Shown here one piece after another: positions 52,571-62,563 of a DNA stretch of 64,000 nt; within the stretch, counting starts at the first letter, position 1, and every line of letters starts with the position of its first letter. Source of the stretch: Terriglobia bacterium (lineage in GTDB: Bacteria; Acidobacteriota; Terriglobia; 2-12-FULL-54-10); NCBI GenBank assembly GCA_963666975.2, contig CAXVYR010000002.1:1-64000 (forward strand), written 5' to 3'. The notes beneath the pieces were generated by a model. It was not told the origin of the DNA. It saw only the letters and a list, made by a program, of their open reading frames with translations, and did no database searches. Made by a program: the position numbers and the translations under genes.

Positions 52571-53488
52571 TCAGTCCGTGGCGGCTTGTTCCATGGCCAG
52601 TCCTCCGGGCGAGGGACGATCCTCGGCGGCATCCTCCTCCGAGGTGGTCAACTCCCACAGCGAGCGGTCTTTCACCAGTTTGAGGACCAGGGCGGTATGC
52701 ATGGCGTGCCCGGCGCGTTCCGCCACCACGTGGGCACGCAAAGGGTAGCCGATCAAGGCGAGGTCGCCGATCAAATCCAGAACCTTGTGGCGGCAACATT
52801 CGTCGGGAAAGCGCAGGCCCTCGTCGTTCATCAGGGAATCACGGGTGAACACCACGGCGTTGGCAAGCGACCCTCCGCGCACCAGGCCCATGTCTTTCAT
52901 CTGCGGAATCTCGTCCAGGAATCCGAACGTCCGGGCGGGAGCAATCTGTTGGGTAAAGCTCTCGGCGGAGAGATCGATCTCCATCGACTGGCGTCCGACC
53001 ATCGGGTGCCGGAAATCAATGCTGCTGCTGATGCGAAACCGGCGGTGCGGGAAAATCGCAATGCGCTTGGCCCCGTCGACCACCTCCACCGGCCGGAGAA
53101 CCTTCAAATAGCTGCGCGGCGCGCGCTGGCGGCGGCGTCCGGCTTGCCGCAACAAGTCGACAAAAGGCTTGCTGCTGCCGTCCAGGATGGGCAGTTCCAG
53201 AGAGTTGAGCTCAACCACAGCGTTGTCGATGCCAACCCCCGTCAAGGCAGAGAGTATGTGCTCCGTGGTCGATATCAAAACTCCCTTGCGCATGAGGCTG
53301 GTAGCGTAACTGACCCGGGCAATGTGCTTCCAAGAGGCGGGAATCTCAAAATTTTCCAGGTCCGTGCGCCGGAACACAATCCCCTTGTTAGCCGGCGCCG
53401 GGGCAAGGCGGACTCGGCAGGGAGCGGCACTGTGCAGTCCGATGCCGGAGAACTCGACGGGCTTGTTAATGGTGTGTTGATAGTCCAA
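52571..53488 (-). CDS. lpxC: UDP-3-O-acyl-N-acetylglucosamine deacetylase
   Basis: GIGLHS, TTEHILSAL, PILDGS, ARTFGF and RHKVLDLIGDL. Confidence 0.96.
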   Translation of the reverse strand: MDYQHTINKPVEFSGIGLHSAAPCRVRLAPAPANKGIVFRRTDLENFEIPASWKHIARVSYATSLMRKGVLISTTEHILSALTGVGIDNAVVELNSLELPILDGSSKPFVDLLRQAGRRRQRAPRSYLKVLRPVEVVDGAKRIAIFPHRRFRISSSIDFRHPMVGRQSMEIDLSAESFTQQIAPARTFGFLDEIPQMKDMGLVRGGSLANAVVFTRDSLMNDEGLRFPDECCRHKVLDLIGDLALIGYPLRAHVVAERAGHAMHTALVLKLVKDRSLWELTTSEEDAAEDRPSPGGLAMEQAATD

Positions 53489-53790
53489 GTTCGCTTGTTC
53501 ATCTCCTCGCCGCAAAGAATCACAATTACTTATAGCAATTGAGAATCCATTTCAATGAATAATTAACTTGTTCATTATAAGACAATTAAAATTGTAAGCA
53601 ATGAACAATAGTTGTATTTTTACAACAAAGTGTATCTTCAAATCAAACTTTTGGTCAGTCCACTATTTGATACATAGAATTAGGCAAGTTGTATGCTGGC
53701 AACAGGTTCACTCGCCGGATGAAGAAATGACCCTAACCAGCACCGCAACAGCCAACGAAAAAACCGCTAAGATTTAAGATGTGGCGGACC

Positions 53791-55242
53791 CTACAGAATC
53801 GGGGCAAACAAAATGTGGATGGCTGCCACCAGGCACGGGAAGATCAGCGTCGCGACCACGCCTACGCGAATCATATTTTTCATTTCGATCTGTCCAGAGG
53901 CGAAAGCAGTGCCTGCCGCCGCGCCCGCCCAGGGTAGCATGATCCCCACAGCCACGTTGGCGATCAGCATGGCCATCGAGGCCGGGTTGAAGCCGACCTG
54001 CTGGGCGCCGGGGATCAAGATGCTTCCGAAAAAGGAGGTGGCGGCAGATCCGGAGAAGAAGTTGGTTCCGAAGGCCACCAGGTAGGCGGAAAAAAACGGC
54101 ATTCCATACGGGCCCATGCCCAGCCCGGATATCCACCCCCCAATAAATTTGACGAGGCCAAAGTCAACCAGCGTGCCGGCTATCGCCACCGCCGCGGTTA
54201 CCAAAAGCAAGATATCCCAGGGCGAGTGCTGGACCGCCTCGCGCCAGTTCAACACGAACTCGTTCTTCCGCCAATTCACCGGGACCGAGAACAAAAGCAC
54301 TAAAACCACCACCGGCACCGCCCAGATGGAGAGGACCGAGTTGGTCCATTGCGTGACCGGGTGGACGGAGCCCAGTGTCAGACCGATGAGAGTGGGCAGC
54401 GTGAAGAGCAAGACCATCGTGAGGAAGATAAACAGTGTGCCACGTTCGCCGGGGGTCAGGGGACCCAGCTTCGCGCGCTCCTGGCGAAAAAGATCTCCCC
54501 CGCCGGGGATAACAGTAATTTCCGGCGGCAGAAAGAATCGCAGGATAAAAAAATACACGGTGAGGGTGACAAGAAAAATGGGCACCCCGGCCAGCATCCA
54601 GTTAAACCAGCCGAACGTCCTTCCGATAGTTTCTTCCAGCAGGGCCACGGCCAGGGCATTGTGAGGAAGCCCTGCAATAGTGGCTTTGCCGCCAGCCTGG
54701 GTGCCGTACAGGGTTCCCAGTGCCATTAAAGCGCCGAATTGGGACTTTCCGGAGCCGGAGGCTCCCACGAGGGTTCTGATAGAGGACACCAGCGCCATCC
54801 CCATGGGGATCATCATGGCCACGACGGCGTTGTCGGAAATGAAGGCTGAGATCAGCCCGGATGCCATCATGAACCCAAACACCAGCCGGTGGGTGTGCCC
54901 GCTCAGCCATCGGAAGGAGAGGAACCAAAGGGCGAAACGCCTGGCTAATCCATGACGCTGCATGGCGTAGCCCATCAGCGAGGTTCCCCAGATAAAGAAA
55001 AAGATATTTTGTCCGTAGAGTCCTGCCGTCCGGCCAACCGTCATGATTCCGATGACGGGAAACAAAATCAGGGGAAGCAATGAGGTAACCGCCCAGGGGA
55101 CTGGCTGCGTCATCCACCACAGGATCACCCAACCGAAGACTGCCATCACAAGCTGAGCCTTCGGCTCCAGCCCTTCCAGCGGTAGCACGTAGAGCAGCAA
55201 AAAGGCGGACGGGCCAGAGGCGAACTGAGCGAACAGCTTCAT
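53791..55242 (-). CDS. SLC13/DASS-family permease
   Basis: WWMTQPVP, SAFISDNA and many TM helices. Confidence 0.85.
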   Translation of the reverse strand: MKLFAQFASGPSAFLLLYVLPLEGLEPKAQLVMAVFGWVILWWMTQPVPWAVTSLLPLILFPVIGIMTVGRTAGLYGQNIFFFIWGTSLMGYAMQRHGLARRFALWFLSFRWLSGHTHRLVFGFMMASGLISAFISDNAVVAMMIPMGMALVSSIRTLVGASGSGKSQFGALMALGTLYGTQAGGKATIAGLPHNALAVALLEETIGRTFGWFNWMLAGVPIFLVTLTVYFFILRFFLPPEITVIPGGGDLFRQERAKLGPLTPGERGTLFIFLTMVLLFTLPTLIGLTLGSVHPVTQWTNSVLSIWAVPVVVLVLLFSVPVNWRKNEFVLNWREAVQHSPWDILLLVTAAVAIAGTLVDFGLVKFIGGWISGLGMGPYGMPFFSAYLVAFGTNFFSGSAATSFFGSILIPGAQQVGFNPASMAMLIANVAVGIMLPWAGAAAGTAFASGQIEMKNMIRVGVVATLIFPCLVAAIHILFAPIL

Positions 55243-55292
55243 GAAAAGCTCTCTTCAGATGGAACGCTCCCCGGTCATGGGCAGCAAGTCTA

Positions 55293-55599
55293 AGAGGTTG
55301 TTGGAAAACTGGTGTGTGGGTCCGCTTGCTAACCCCTCGGCTTCGCTCCCTTCGGCTATGCTCCCTTAGGGTTCGCTCAGGGCAGGCAGGACAGGCGCGC
55401 GCGGCTCGGCAAGTACAGCCCAATCAGCACGCCCATTCCAAGCCGCGACCGCCCTGCGGTCCAGAGGCCTTCGTCTTGCGGCCCAAAGCCTACAGGCGAC
55501 GGGTCGGGCGGTGGGCCGTGAGGATCCCCCATCGCGCCGAAAGCGGCGCGTTGGGGATCTCGTGAGGGAGCGGAGAAATGGCGTTTTTCAACAACCTGC
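55293..55599. mobile_element. MITE-like element with internal REP-like hairpins
   Basis: Terminal IRs AGAGGTTGTTGGAAAAC / GTTTTTCAACAACCTGC flanked by CTA on both sides; internal GATCCCC..CGCGCCGAAAGCGGCGCG..GGGGATC; no transposase. Confidence 0.65.
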
Positions 55600-55651
55600 C
55601 TAGGAATACGGCGCATGATCGCTCCGTTTCATGCGGCATTCTGCAGCTTCT

Positions 55652-56857
55652 CTAGGAACCGCCGCCGTTTTTTTGAGGCGGTTTGAGCGTAACAATAATC
55701 ACGAAGGAAACCACCAGCAGCACGGCAGCGATATCAAAGGCTCGCGTGTAACTCTGGAGTTGATCGTAGATCCGCCCTCCGAGTTTGGGTCCGAGGATTC
55801 CCGCCACTCCCCAGGCCAGAAAAACCAGCCCGTAGTTGGTGCCCACGTTCTTGGCTCCGAAAAAATCAGCCGTTGTGGAAGCATAGACGGAAAGCTGCGT
55901 GCCGTAGCAGTAATAGACGATAAAAAGAATGGGCCACAGCAGCAAGAGCGAATCTATGCGGCCCAGCAGCGGCAGCGTAACCGCAGAGATGAACACCATC
56001 AAAGACAGGGTTTTGATGCGGCCGATTGAATCGGAAAGCCAGCCCGAAAAAATGCGTCCTGCGGCATTCCCAAACGCGCCAATGGTCACCGCGGTGCCTG
56101 CAATCGCCACGCCCACTCCGGGAATCGCCTCCTGCGCGTAGGGAAGCAACTGGCTGATCACCATCAGTCCGGCGCTGGTCCCGAGCGCATAGGCCACGAG
56201 CAACCGCCAGAACTGGGAGGTCGCGAGCATCTCTCTGGGCGAAAAGCTCGCGCCCGACGCGCTGGGCGAGCCCGGCGCCGGGTTCCATCCTGGAGGAGAC
56301 CATCCGGAAGGTGGATTTTTCAATAGCTGCGCAGCAATCATCGTTGCCACGAAAAAGAAGATGCCCAGCCCAAACATCACCGGCCGCCAGCCATGCTCGG
56401 CAATCAGCCCTGGAACAATCGGACCCAGAATGGCGGAACCCCCTCCGAAGGCCCCGATACTGATCCCCAGCACCAGGCCGCGCCGGTCCGGGAACCATTT
56501 GGTAATCACGCCGATCGGCGTCACATAGCCAAACCCGGCGCCGATGCCGACGACGAGCCCGAAGGCAAGGTACATTCCCGTAAGGTCAGTCGCGCGGCTG
56601 GTCAGCAAGAATCCCGCCCCAAACAAAATGCTGCCGATCAGGGAAACAATGTAAGGGCCTTTTTTGTCCTGCAGGCGCCCCCCGATCAAGAAGCAGAGGG
56701 CAAAGACGGCAACGGCGATGGAAAAAATATTGGATGCCTGTTCCCTGCTCAGATTAAGGTCCTGCTGCAACGCCGGGACAAATAAGCTCCAGCCGTAAAG
56801 CGCGCCGAGTGAAAGATTCATCAATACTCCGCCGAGAACGCAATACCATCGATTCAT
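55652..56857 (-). CDS. OFA-family MFS transporter
   Basis: GRLQDKKGP, KWFPDRRG, GRIFSGWLSDSIGR and FFGAKNVGTNYG. Confidence 0.9.
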   Translation of the reverse strand: MNRWYCVLGGVLMNLSLGALYGWSLFVPALQQDLNLSREQASNIFSIAVAVFALCFLIGGRLQDKKGPYIVSLIGSILFGAGFLLTSRATDLTGMYLAFGLVVGIGAGFGYVTPIGVITKWFPDRRGLVLGISIGAFGGGSAILGPIVPGLIAEHGWRPVMFGLGIFFFVATMIAAQLLKNPPSGWSPPGWNPAPGSPSASGASFSPREMLATSQFWRLLVAYALGTSAGLMVISQLLPYAQEAIPGVGVAIAGTAVTIGAFGNAAGRIFSGWLSDSIGRIKTLSLMVFISAVTLPLLGRIDSLLLLWPILFIVYYCYGTQLSVYASTTADFFGAKNVGTNYGLVFLAWGVAGILGPKLGGRIYDQLQSYTRAFDIAAVLLVVSFVIIVTLKPPQKNGGGS

Positions 56858-57351
56858 GGACTCCCTCCCTTAATCTCTAAGCTGCGATATAAAAACTGTC
56901 CGGCTGAGCTACTCTTTCCAGGTCTTGCCTTTCAACATCTCGCCTTTTAAGGTCTTCCTGCCCTGCCGTTGGATTTTCACTCCGAGATCAACCCCGGCAG
57001 CTCCAACGGCACGGAGCCGGTTCCGGCACGACCCGCTTTGCTTTCTACCCGCCTGCCTCCGCCCACAAAAGCTGCTTGCACCCATAAATTGCGGCCCACG
57101 GAAATAGAAGTGTTTCGCGCCGGATTGCCGGAAATACTGGCGTGCGCAGGTTACTATACCTTAAGAAAACCATTTTGAAAGCGAAAATCAAAGCCCTGGG
57201 AGCCTGGCAGGATAAACTTTTTAGCATACGCCCGATGACGAACGGACGATCTGAGCTTGAGCCAACGCGCCGGCTGTCATAAAATCTAGGGCCGGACGAA
57301 AGCTAAAGCTGGGAATTTTCCACTGCAACTCCAGCCAGTGAAGAGGTCAAC

Positions 57352-58035
57352 ATGGAGGCGAATCAGATAGTCAGCATGATAAGCGAGCAATGCGCTCGCC
57401 TGAATACTGCCCGGGTCATTACGAGCGATTTAGGACTGATTTGCCAGGCGCGATTTTCCGCCCTCTCTGCGGAAAGCATCCTGTTCGAATTGCTGGACCC
57501 GCCGGAAACAGCCTACTTCCGCCCGCTGTCCCTGTGTGTCGTTTCCTTCAACAGCGGGAGCCGTCACTGCATCTTCCTCAGTTCCGTGATCCACTTCAAA
57601 CAAGATGAAGAATTTCGGATCGGGCAACTGCTTCTCAGAATCCCGTCCGACATCATGGCGGCGGAATCGCGCATCGCGTTCCGCGTGCCTTTGGGCAGTG
57701 ACACCGATTTACGCGTGCGAGTCGTGGATGAGAACGGCAGAACCTGGGCTCCGCAGCCCATAGACATCTCAATGACCGGAATCCAGATTGAGTTCCCTGC
57801 GAACGACGTTCCCGGTTTCCAAACCGATGACCGGCTGCAGGTGGAGTTGCGGATGAAAGACCACGTTGCGCGACTGAAAGGATTTGTGCGCCGTTGCGAA
57901 GGACAAGGCTACGGGTTGATCTTCCCAGAGGTCTTGCGCGGAGCAGAGTTCGACCCGCCAACGGCGCTGCGCGCGATTGTAAACACCCTCGAGAGAAGTT
58001 GGCTGCGCGGCCGGTTACCGCAAGCCTCTCGTTAA
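57352..58035 (+). CDS. PilZ-domain (YcgR-like) c-di-GMP-binding protein
   Basis: RIAFR (RxxxR) and DISMTG (DxSxxG). Confidence 0.8.
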   Translation: MEANQIVSMISEQCARLNTARVITSDLGLICQARFSALSAESILFELLDPPETAYFRPLSLCVVSFNSGSRHCIFLSSVIHFKQDEEFRIGQLLLRIPSDIMAAESRIAFRVPLGSDTDLRVRVVDENGRTWAPQPIDISMTGIQIEFPANDVPGFQTDDRLQVELRMKDHVARLKGFVRRCEGQGYGLIFPEVLRGAEFDPPTALRAIVNTLERSWLRGRLPQASR

Positions 58036-58275
58036 CTGGAAATTCCGGCTCCACGGGTTTGATGACATCCAATCCCTGCTGCCCGCGAGCCGGCATGACT
58101 GTGGAAGGCACGCTGAGAACAGTGGCATCCCGCCTTCTTCCCCGATTTTCTCTATTGAAATCTTCTCCAGAAGCTATAGAATGCCATGAGGCGGCTCCAT
58201 AGCCTGGTTCAGCAGCTTGGTTCAACACAAAAAGGCGCAGCCATTGCCGGCGTCCCGATGGGAGGGTAAAAGCTC

Positions 58276-58644
58276 ATGAAGCGAATCGCCATTGCCTCAA
58301 GCTCTTTGGGAATTGGCCTGATAATAATGGTTGCGCTGGCCGGTTCACATCCTGCTTCGGCCCAGCAATCCACTTCGCGCGCTTCCCTTTCACCAGCGCA
58401 GCTAGCGGGCAAAAAACTTTTTTTGCAGCGATGCTCGGTCTGCCATCTGCCGCCCTTGAACGCACCCCAAAACCCTGACCCGAAGCCCTATGGTCCTCTG
58501 CTGAGCGGCTTCGTACGGGGAGGGGACAGAGAAACTCGCGCCCGCAATATTATTCTTAAAGGAACGGCCCGCATGCCGGGCTTCCAGTATGGCTTGAAAC
58601 CGAAGCAAATCGACGCCTTGATCGAATATTTGAAGATCCTATGA
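58276..58644 (+). CDS. Monoheme cytochrome c
   Basis: Signal peptide, CSVCH and distal MPGF. Confidence 0.88.
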   Translation: MKRIAIASSSLGIGLIIMVALAGSHPASAQQSTSRASLSPAQLAGKKLFLQRCSVCHLPPLNAPQNPDPKPYGPLLSGFVRGGDRETRARNIILKGTARMPGFQYGLKPKQIDALIEYLKIL

Positions 58645-58677
58645 GTAAATGCCGAAAAAAAGAACGGAGGATGCCCC

Positions 58678-60495
58678 GTGTCGAAAATCCTTTTGTCAAA
58701 ATTTAAGGCCTTGTTTCTAGCTCCCGCGCTGCTTCTCACCCTGGGACTGTTTGCCGCACAGACCGGCTACTCCGCAGACGCCAGCCTGACGGGCATGGTG
58801 AAATCATCGGGCGGCAATGTACTCGATGGAGTTACCGTCTCGGCCCGGTCCAGCGATAAAACTTATACAACCACCGTGTTCACAGACGAAGCGGGAAAAT
58901 ACTTTTTTCCGCCGCTGGCGGAAGGCAATTACCGGATTTGGGCGCAGGCCGTGGGATTTGAAACCACCCGCGCGGAGCAAACCCTGGACGCCGCCGCAGG
59001 AGTACAGCAGGACTTCGAGCTGAAAACGCTCGCCGATTTCAGCATACAGCTTTCCGGCACCGAGTGGATGGCGGCTTTGCCCGAAGACACTCCGGAGCAC
59101 CGCCGCATGAAGGCGATCTTCCGCAACAATTGCTCCGGATGCCACACGCCCAACTTGGTGCTGCAAAACCGCTTTGATGAGGCCGGCTGGCGCAGCATCA
59201 TCACCTTGATGGAGAAAGTCGGCATCTACGGCAACCCGCCCCGGCCCGACAGAGCGCCGTTTCCTTTCCTGCGCGCCTTCAAGGACGAACTGGCCGCTTA
59301 TCTCGCCGAGATGCGAGGACCGGGGCCTTCCCCGATGAAGTTCAAACCGTTTCCCCGCCCGCGCGGCGAGGCCGCCCAGGTGGTGATCACCGAATATGAC
59401 ATTACGTCCAGCTCCAACACCGACGAATACGTGACCCACGATGGAAGCGACTGGATGGAGGGCACTCCATCCGCATATGAGGCACGCGGGCCGCACGATT
59501 CCGAGGTCGACCCCGACGGCTTCGTATGGATCGCAGACTCGCAGATTGACCGAGTCCGGACGGTCGCCCGGCTCGACCCCCAAACAGGGGAAGTGAAAAA
59601 CTTCAAGCTGGAAGCCCGGCACGGAGTGGCGATGCGGAGCCACGGCATCATTATTGATGAAGATGGAATCGCCTGGTTCAACGCCAACGGCGGCCTGGGA
59701 AAGATCAATACGCGAACGGAGAAAATCGAGTACTTTGAGCCTCCCCGGGGAATGGCGCGGGTGGGAGGAACTATCGACACGGGCACCGACGGCATCATCT
59801 GGGCCTCCTCATCCGCAGGGGCCCTGGCGTTCAATCCGGACACCAATGAATTCACCGAATTCAAATCCATACAGCGCGGCCGCCAGGGACGCACCTACGG
59901 GGTGGCCGTCGATGCGGAAAACAACGGCTGGTGGGCGCAGATGAATTACGACACTGTAGGCAAAGGAAACCTCCGCACCGGCGAAACGACCGAGGTGGTG
60001 TTTGCACCCTTTCCGCATAGCAACGACGCCGTTTCCGCAGCGGACCGCGCGGTATATGAATTGACCGGCGGGGACTGGAACTCCGCGCCTCCCTGGCAGC
60101 AAGCTCCACGCCGCCTCGGCGGAGACAAAACGGGCAACGTCTGGGTGGCGCTGTGGTGGGGCGACCGTCTGGCGAAGATCGACATCCGGACGCACAAGGT
60201 CACCTACTACCCCTACCCCAGTCCGGGGTTTGCCGGGGTTTACGACACCTCGGTGGACCGCAACGGCATGGTCTGGATGAACCTGCTGCACGCCGACCGG
60301 ATCGCCCGGTTCGATCCCGCGACCGAGCAGTGGACCGAATTTCAGCTTCCATCCCTGGGCGCCGAGACGCGCCACATCTCCGTCGATAACCGCAAAGACC
60401 CTGTGGAAGTCTGGACACCTTACTGGAGGACCAGCAAACTGACGCGCTTGCAGTTCCGAACCAAAGCACAGTTACAGGCGCTTGCTCGCCGTTAA
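58678..60495 (+). CDS. Exported carboxypeptidase-regulatory-like + heme c + Vgb-like beta-propeller protein
   Basis: Signal peptide, CSGCH and repeated D.DG.VW/IW blades. Confidence 0.82.
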   Translation: MSKILLSKFKALFLAPALLLTLGLFAAQTGYSADASLTGMVKSSGGNVLDGVTVSARSSDKTYTTTVFTDEAGKYFFPPLAEGNYRIWAQAVGFETTRAEQTLDAAAGVQQDFELKTLADFSIQLSGTEWMAALPEDTPEHRRMKAIFRNNCSGCHTPNLVLQNRFDEAGWRSIITLMEKVGIYGNPPRPDRAPFPFLRAFKDELAAYLAEMRGPGPSPMKFKPFPRPRGEAAQVVITEYDITSSSNTDEYVTHDGSDWMEGTPSAYEARGPHDSEVDPDGFVWIADSQIDRVRTVARLDPQTGEVKNFKLEARHGVAMRSHGIIIDEDGIAWFNANGGLGKINTRTEKIEYFEPPRGMARVGGTIDTGTDGIIWASSSAGALAFNPDTNEFTEFKSIQRGRQGRTYGVAVDAENNGWWAQMNYDTVGKGNLRTGETTEVVFAPFPHSNDAVSAADRAVYELTGGDWNSAPPWQQAPRRLGGDKTGNVWVALWWGDRLAKIDIRTHKVTYYPYPSPGFAGVYDTSVDRNGMVWMNLLHADRIARFDPATEQWTEFQLPSLGAETRHISVDNRKDPVEVWTPYWRTSKLTRLQFRTKAQLQALARR

Positions 60496-60504
60496 CAGAG
60501 GTGG

Positions 60505-61383
60505 ATGAAGAAAATGGAAAAAAAATCGGAAATTCAGAAATGTGTGGAGCTGTACCGAAGCGGCAGCATCACTCGAAGAGAACTCTTGGGTTCTCTCATC
60601 ACCCTCACAGGCAGCTACGCCGCAGCGCATCTGTTTTTGGAATCGAGCGGGGTGGCGGCCACGCTCATTTCCCAAACAGAGGCCGCAGCCGCCAATGTTT
60701 CCGCCGAGACCGTCCAGTTTCCCTCCGGGCAGGTTCAGATGGAAGGCTACCTGGTAAAACCCCTGGTAAAACCGAAGAATTCGGGCAGGCATCCTGCCAT
60801 CCTGGTGATCCATGAAAACCGCGGCTTGAACGAGCACATCCGCGACGTAGCCCGCCGTTTCGCGGCGGAAGGCTTTGTGGCGCTGGCGCCCGACCTGCTG
60901 TCGCGGGTGGGTGGCACGGGCAGCATGCAGGAACAGCGGGACGCCACCGAAGCGATCGGCCTGCTGCCGGTCTACGGCGTGCTGGATGACCTGCGGGCGG
61001 GCTTCCGATTCTTGGAAAACGATTCGGCCGCGGACCCCCAAAAGATCGCCTCAGTGGGATTTTGCTGGGGCGGGTGGCGCAGTTTCATGCTGGCCACCGT
61101 GGAGCCAAAGCTTTACCGGGCGGTGGTGTTCTACGGCTCCAGCCCCGATTCCGGTTTTGAAAAAATTCAAGCTCCCGTCCTGGCGCACTATGCCCAGTGG
61201 GACAACCGCATCACGGGAAATGCTCTCTGGACCGAGAAAGAGATGAAGCAGGCGGGCAAGCAATATCAGTATCACGTTTACCCGGAATCGGAGCACGCGT
61301 TTTTCAACGATACCAGTCCCCGGCACAACCCGGAGGCGTCCCAGTTGGCATGGAGGAGAACGCTTGAGTTTCTGCGCAGCTAA
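60505..61383 (+). CDS. Dienelactone hydrolase family protein with Tat-like leader
   Basis: TRRELL, HENRGLN, GFCWGG and HAFFND. Confidence 0.9.
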   Translation: MKKMEKKSEIQKCVELYRSGSITRRELLGSLITLTGSYAAAHLFLESSGVAATLISQTEAAAANVSAETVQFPSGQVQMEGYLVKPLVKPKNSGRHPAILVIHENRGLNEHIRDVARRFAAEGFVALAPDLLSRVGGTGSMQEQRDATEAIGLLPVYGVLDDLRAGFRFLENDSAADPQKIASVGFCWGGWRSFMLATVEPKLYRAVVFYGSSPDSGFEKIQAPVLAHYAQWDNRITGNALWTEKEMKQAGKQYQYHVYPESEHAFFNDTSPRHNPEASQLAWRRTLEFLRS

Positions 61384-61667
61384 TTTGCGCAACCAAAGCT
61401 TCGCAAACTGGGCTTTGCACCACCAAGTTTTACACGACCAGGCAAAACTTCACCTCTTCCTGGAAGCTGCCAACCTCTGCATCTCGCTTGTAGGACCCAC
61501 TGCCTCCGCGGCAAAGCTCGCCATCTCCACAGCCAGTATGTCCTCTACTTGCGCCATGGGAGGCTGCCCCGCCCCCGGCAAGTACTCGAAATGCGTCCGG
61601 CCCCGAAGGATTGCCGTCAGCCTTCCGGCAGCAGGCATCAGATGGAATGGAATCCTGCTAAAAAATA

Positions 61668-61757
61668 TGGCGGAGGAAGGGGGATTCGAACCCCCGAGCG
61701 CCTTTCGACGCTAACGGTTTTCAAGACCGCCGGTTTCAACCACTCACCCATTCCTCC
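61668..61757 (-). tRNA. tRNA-Ser (TGA)
   Basis: GGAGGAATGGGTGAGTGG...CT-TGA-AA, long variable arm, GGTTCGAATCC and encoded CCA; 90 nt. Confidence 0.97.
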
Positions 61758-61795
61758 ATCGCTCATTTTACAGCAAGTGGGAGCAGGTCCGCTCA

Positions 61796-62067
61796 GTACC
61801 TTGCTGTTTGCTGTGGGGACTTTTGTGGGGACCACTGCCCTCTTTCGCACACCTGAAAGGCCGCTCAATATAGAATCGCGCCAGCCTATCAACTGCTGAC
61901 CGCTTGTGCTCCGGTATGGGATGGACGTAACGCCTCGCGGTTGTGATCGTCGAGTATCCCATCAACTCTTTGAGAGTCGGCAGGTCCACCCCCGACATTG
62001 CCATCCGTGAGCCAAAGGTGTGCCGCAGATCGTAAAGCCGAAAAGGTGGCCGAATGTTCGCAGCCAA
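61796..62067 (-). pseudogene. C-terminal remnant of a tyrosine integrase
   Basis: FRLYDLRHTFGSRMAMSGVDLPTLKELMGYSTITTARRYVH. Confidence 0.85.
61812..61832. promoter_or_regulatory. Probable integrase arm-type binding sites
   Basis: TGTGGGGAC directly repeated at 12-bp spacing beside the att repeat. Confidence 0.55.
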
Positions 62068-62086
62068 TCATCGGCCTTGTTCCGCG

Positions 62087-62563
62087 TTACGATACAAATT
62101 CAACTAACTGTAAGGATTTTTTTAGGTATAACGGATGGCGTGGATGCCCGCCCTTGGTCAACGAAATACAAAATCCGCGTTTCCCCAATAGAGCAATAAC
62201 CTCTCGGTTTCGCGATCGAAAGCTGCCATGGCATCCCCAAACGAACACGACCTTCTCTGACATACTTCCGGCAGTGACAATCCATCCATCGTTGTCAGGG
62301 CCGACCGGGTCTTTAGCGCTTTTGAGTCGGGTGGGCTTCGTAGCTCGAAAAGCGAATAGGTTGGTCATGTAAAAACCACCAAATCCCCAATCCTGTGTAA
62401 ACTGACGACAACGGCGCATAGTCGGATCGTCGGTGTTCTCGTCTGCAGTTGAGGGATTGAGACCAATAAAATTAAGCCGTGGATTGCTCTTGTTCCATAT
62501 TCGCCAGAGCAGGTATCTATAGGTCCGACAAGGCGAAAATACAGCACCATTCCTGCTATTCAC
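62087..62563 (-). CDS. DUF1643-family protein
   Basis: AVFSPCRTYRYLLWRIW, IGLNPSTAD, DDPT, NLFAFRAT and GHPRHPLY. GTG 62563 overlaps the upstream stop. Confidence 0.85.
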   Translation of the reverse strand: MNSRNGAVFSPCRTYRYLLWRIWNKSNPRLNFIGLNPSTADENTDDPTMRRCRQFTQDWGFGGFYMTNLFAFRATKPTRLKSAKDPVGPDNDGWIVTAGSMSEKVVFVWGCHGSFRSRNREVIALLGKRGFCISLTKGGHPRHPLYLKKSLQLVEFVS

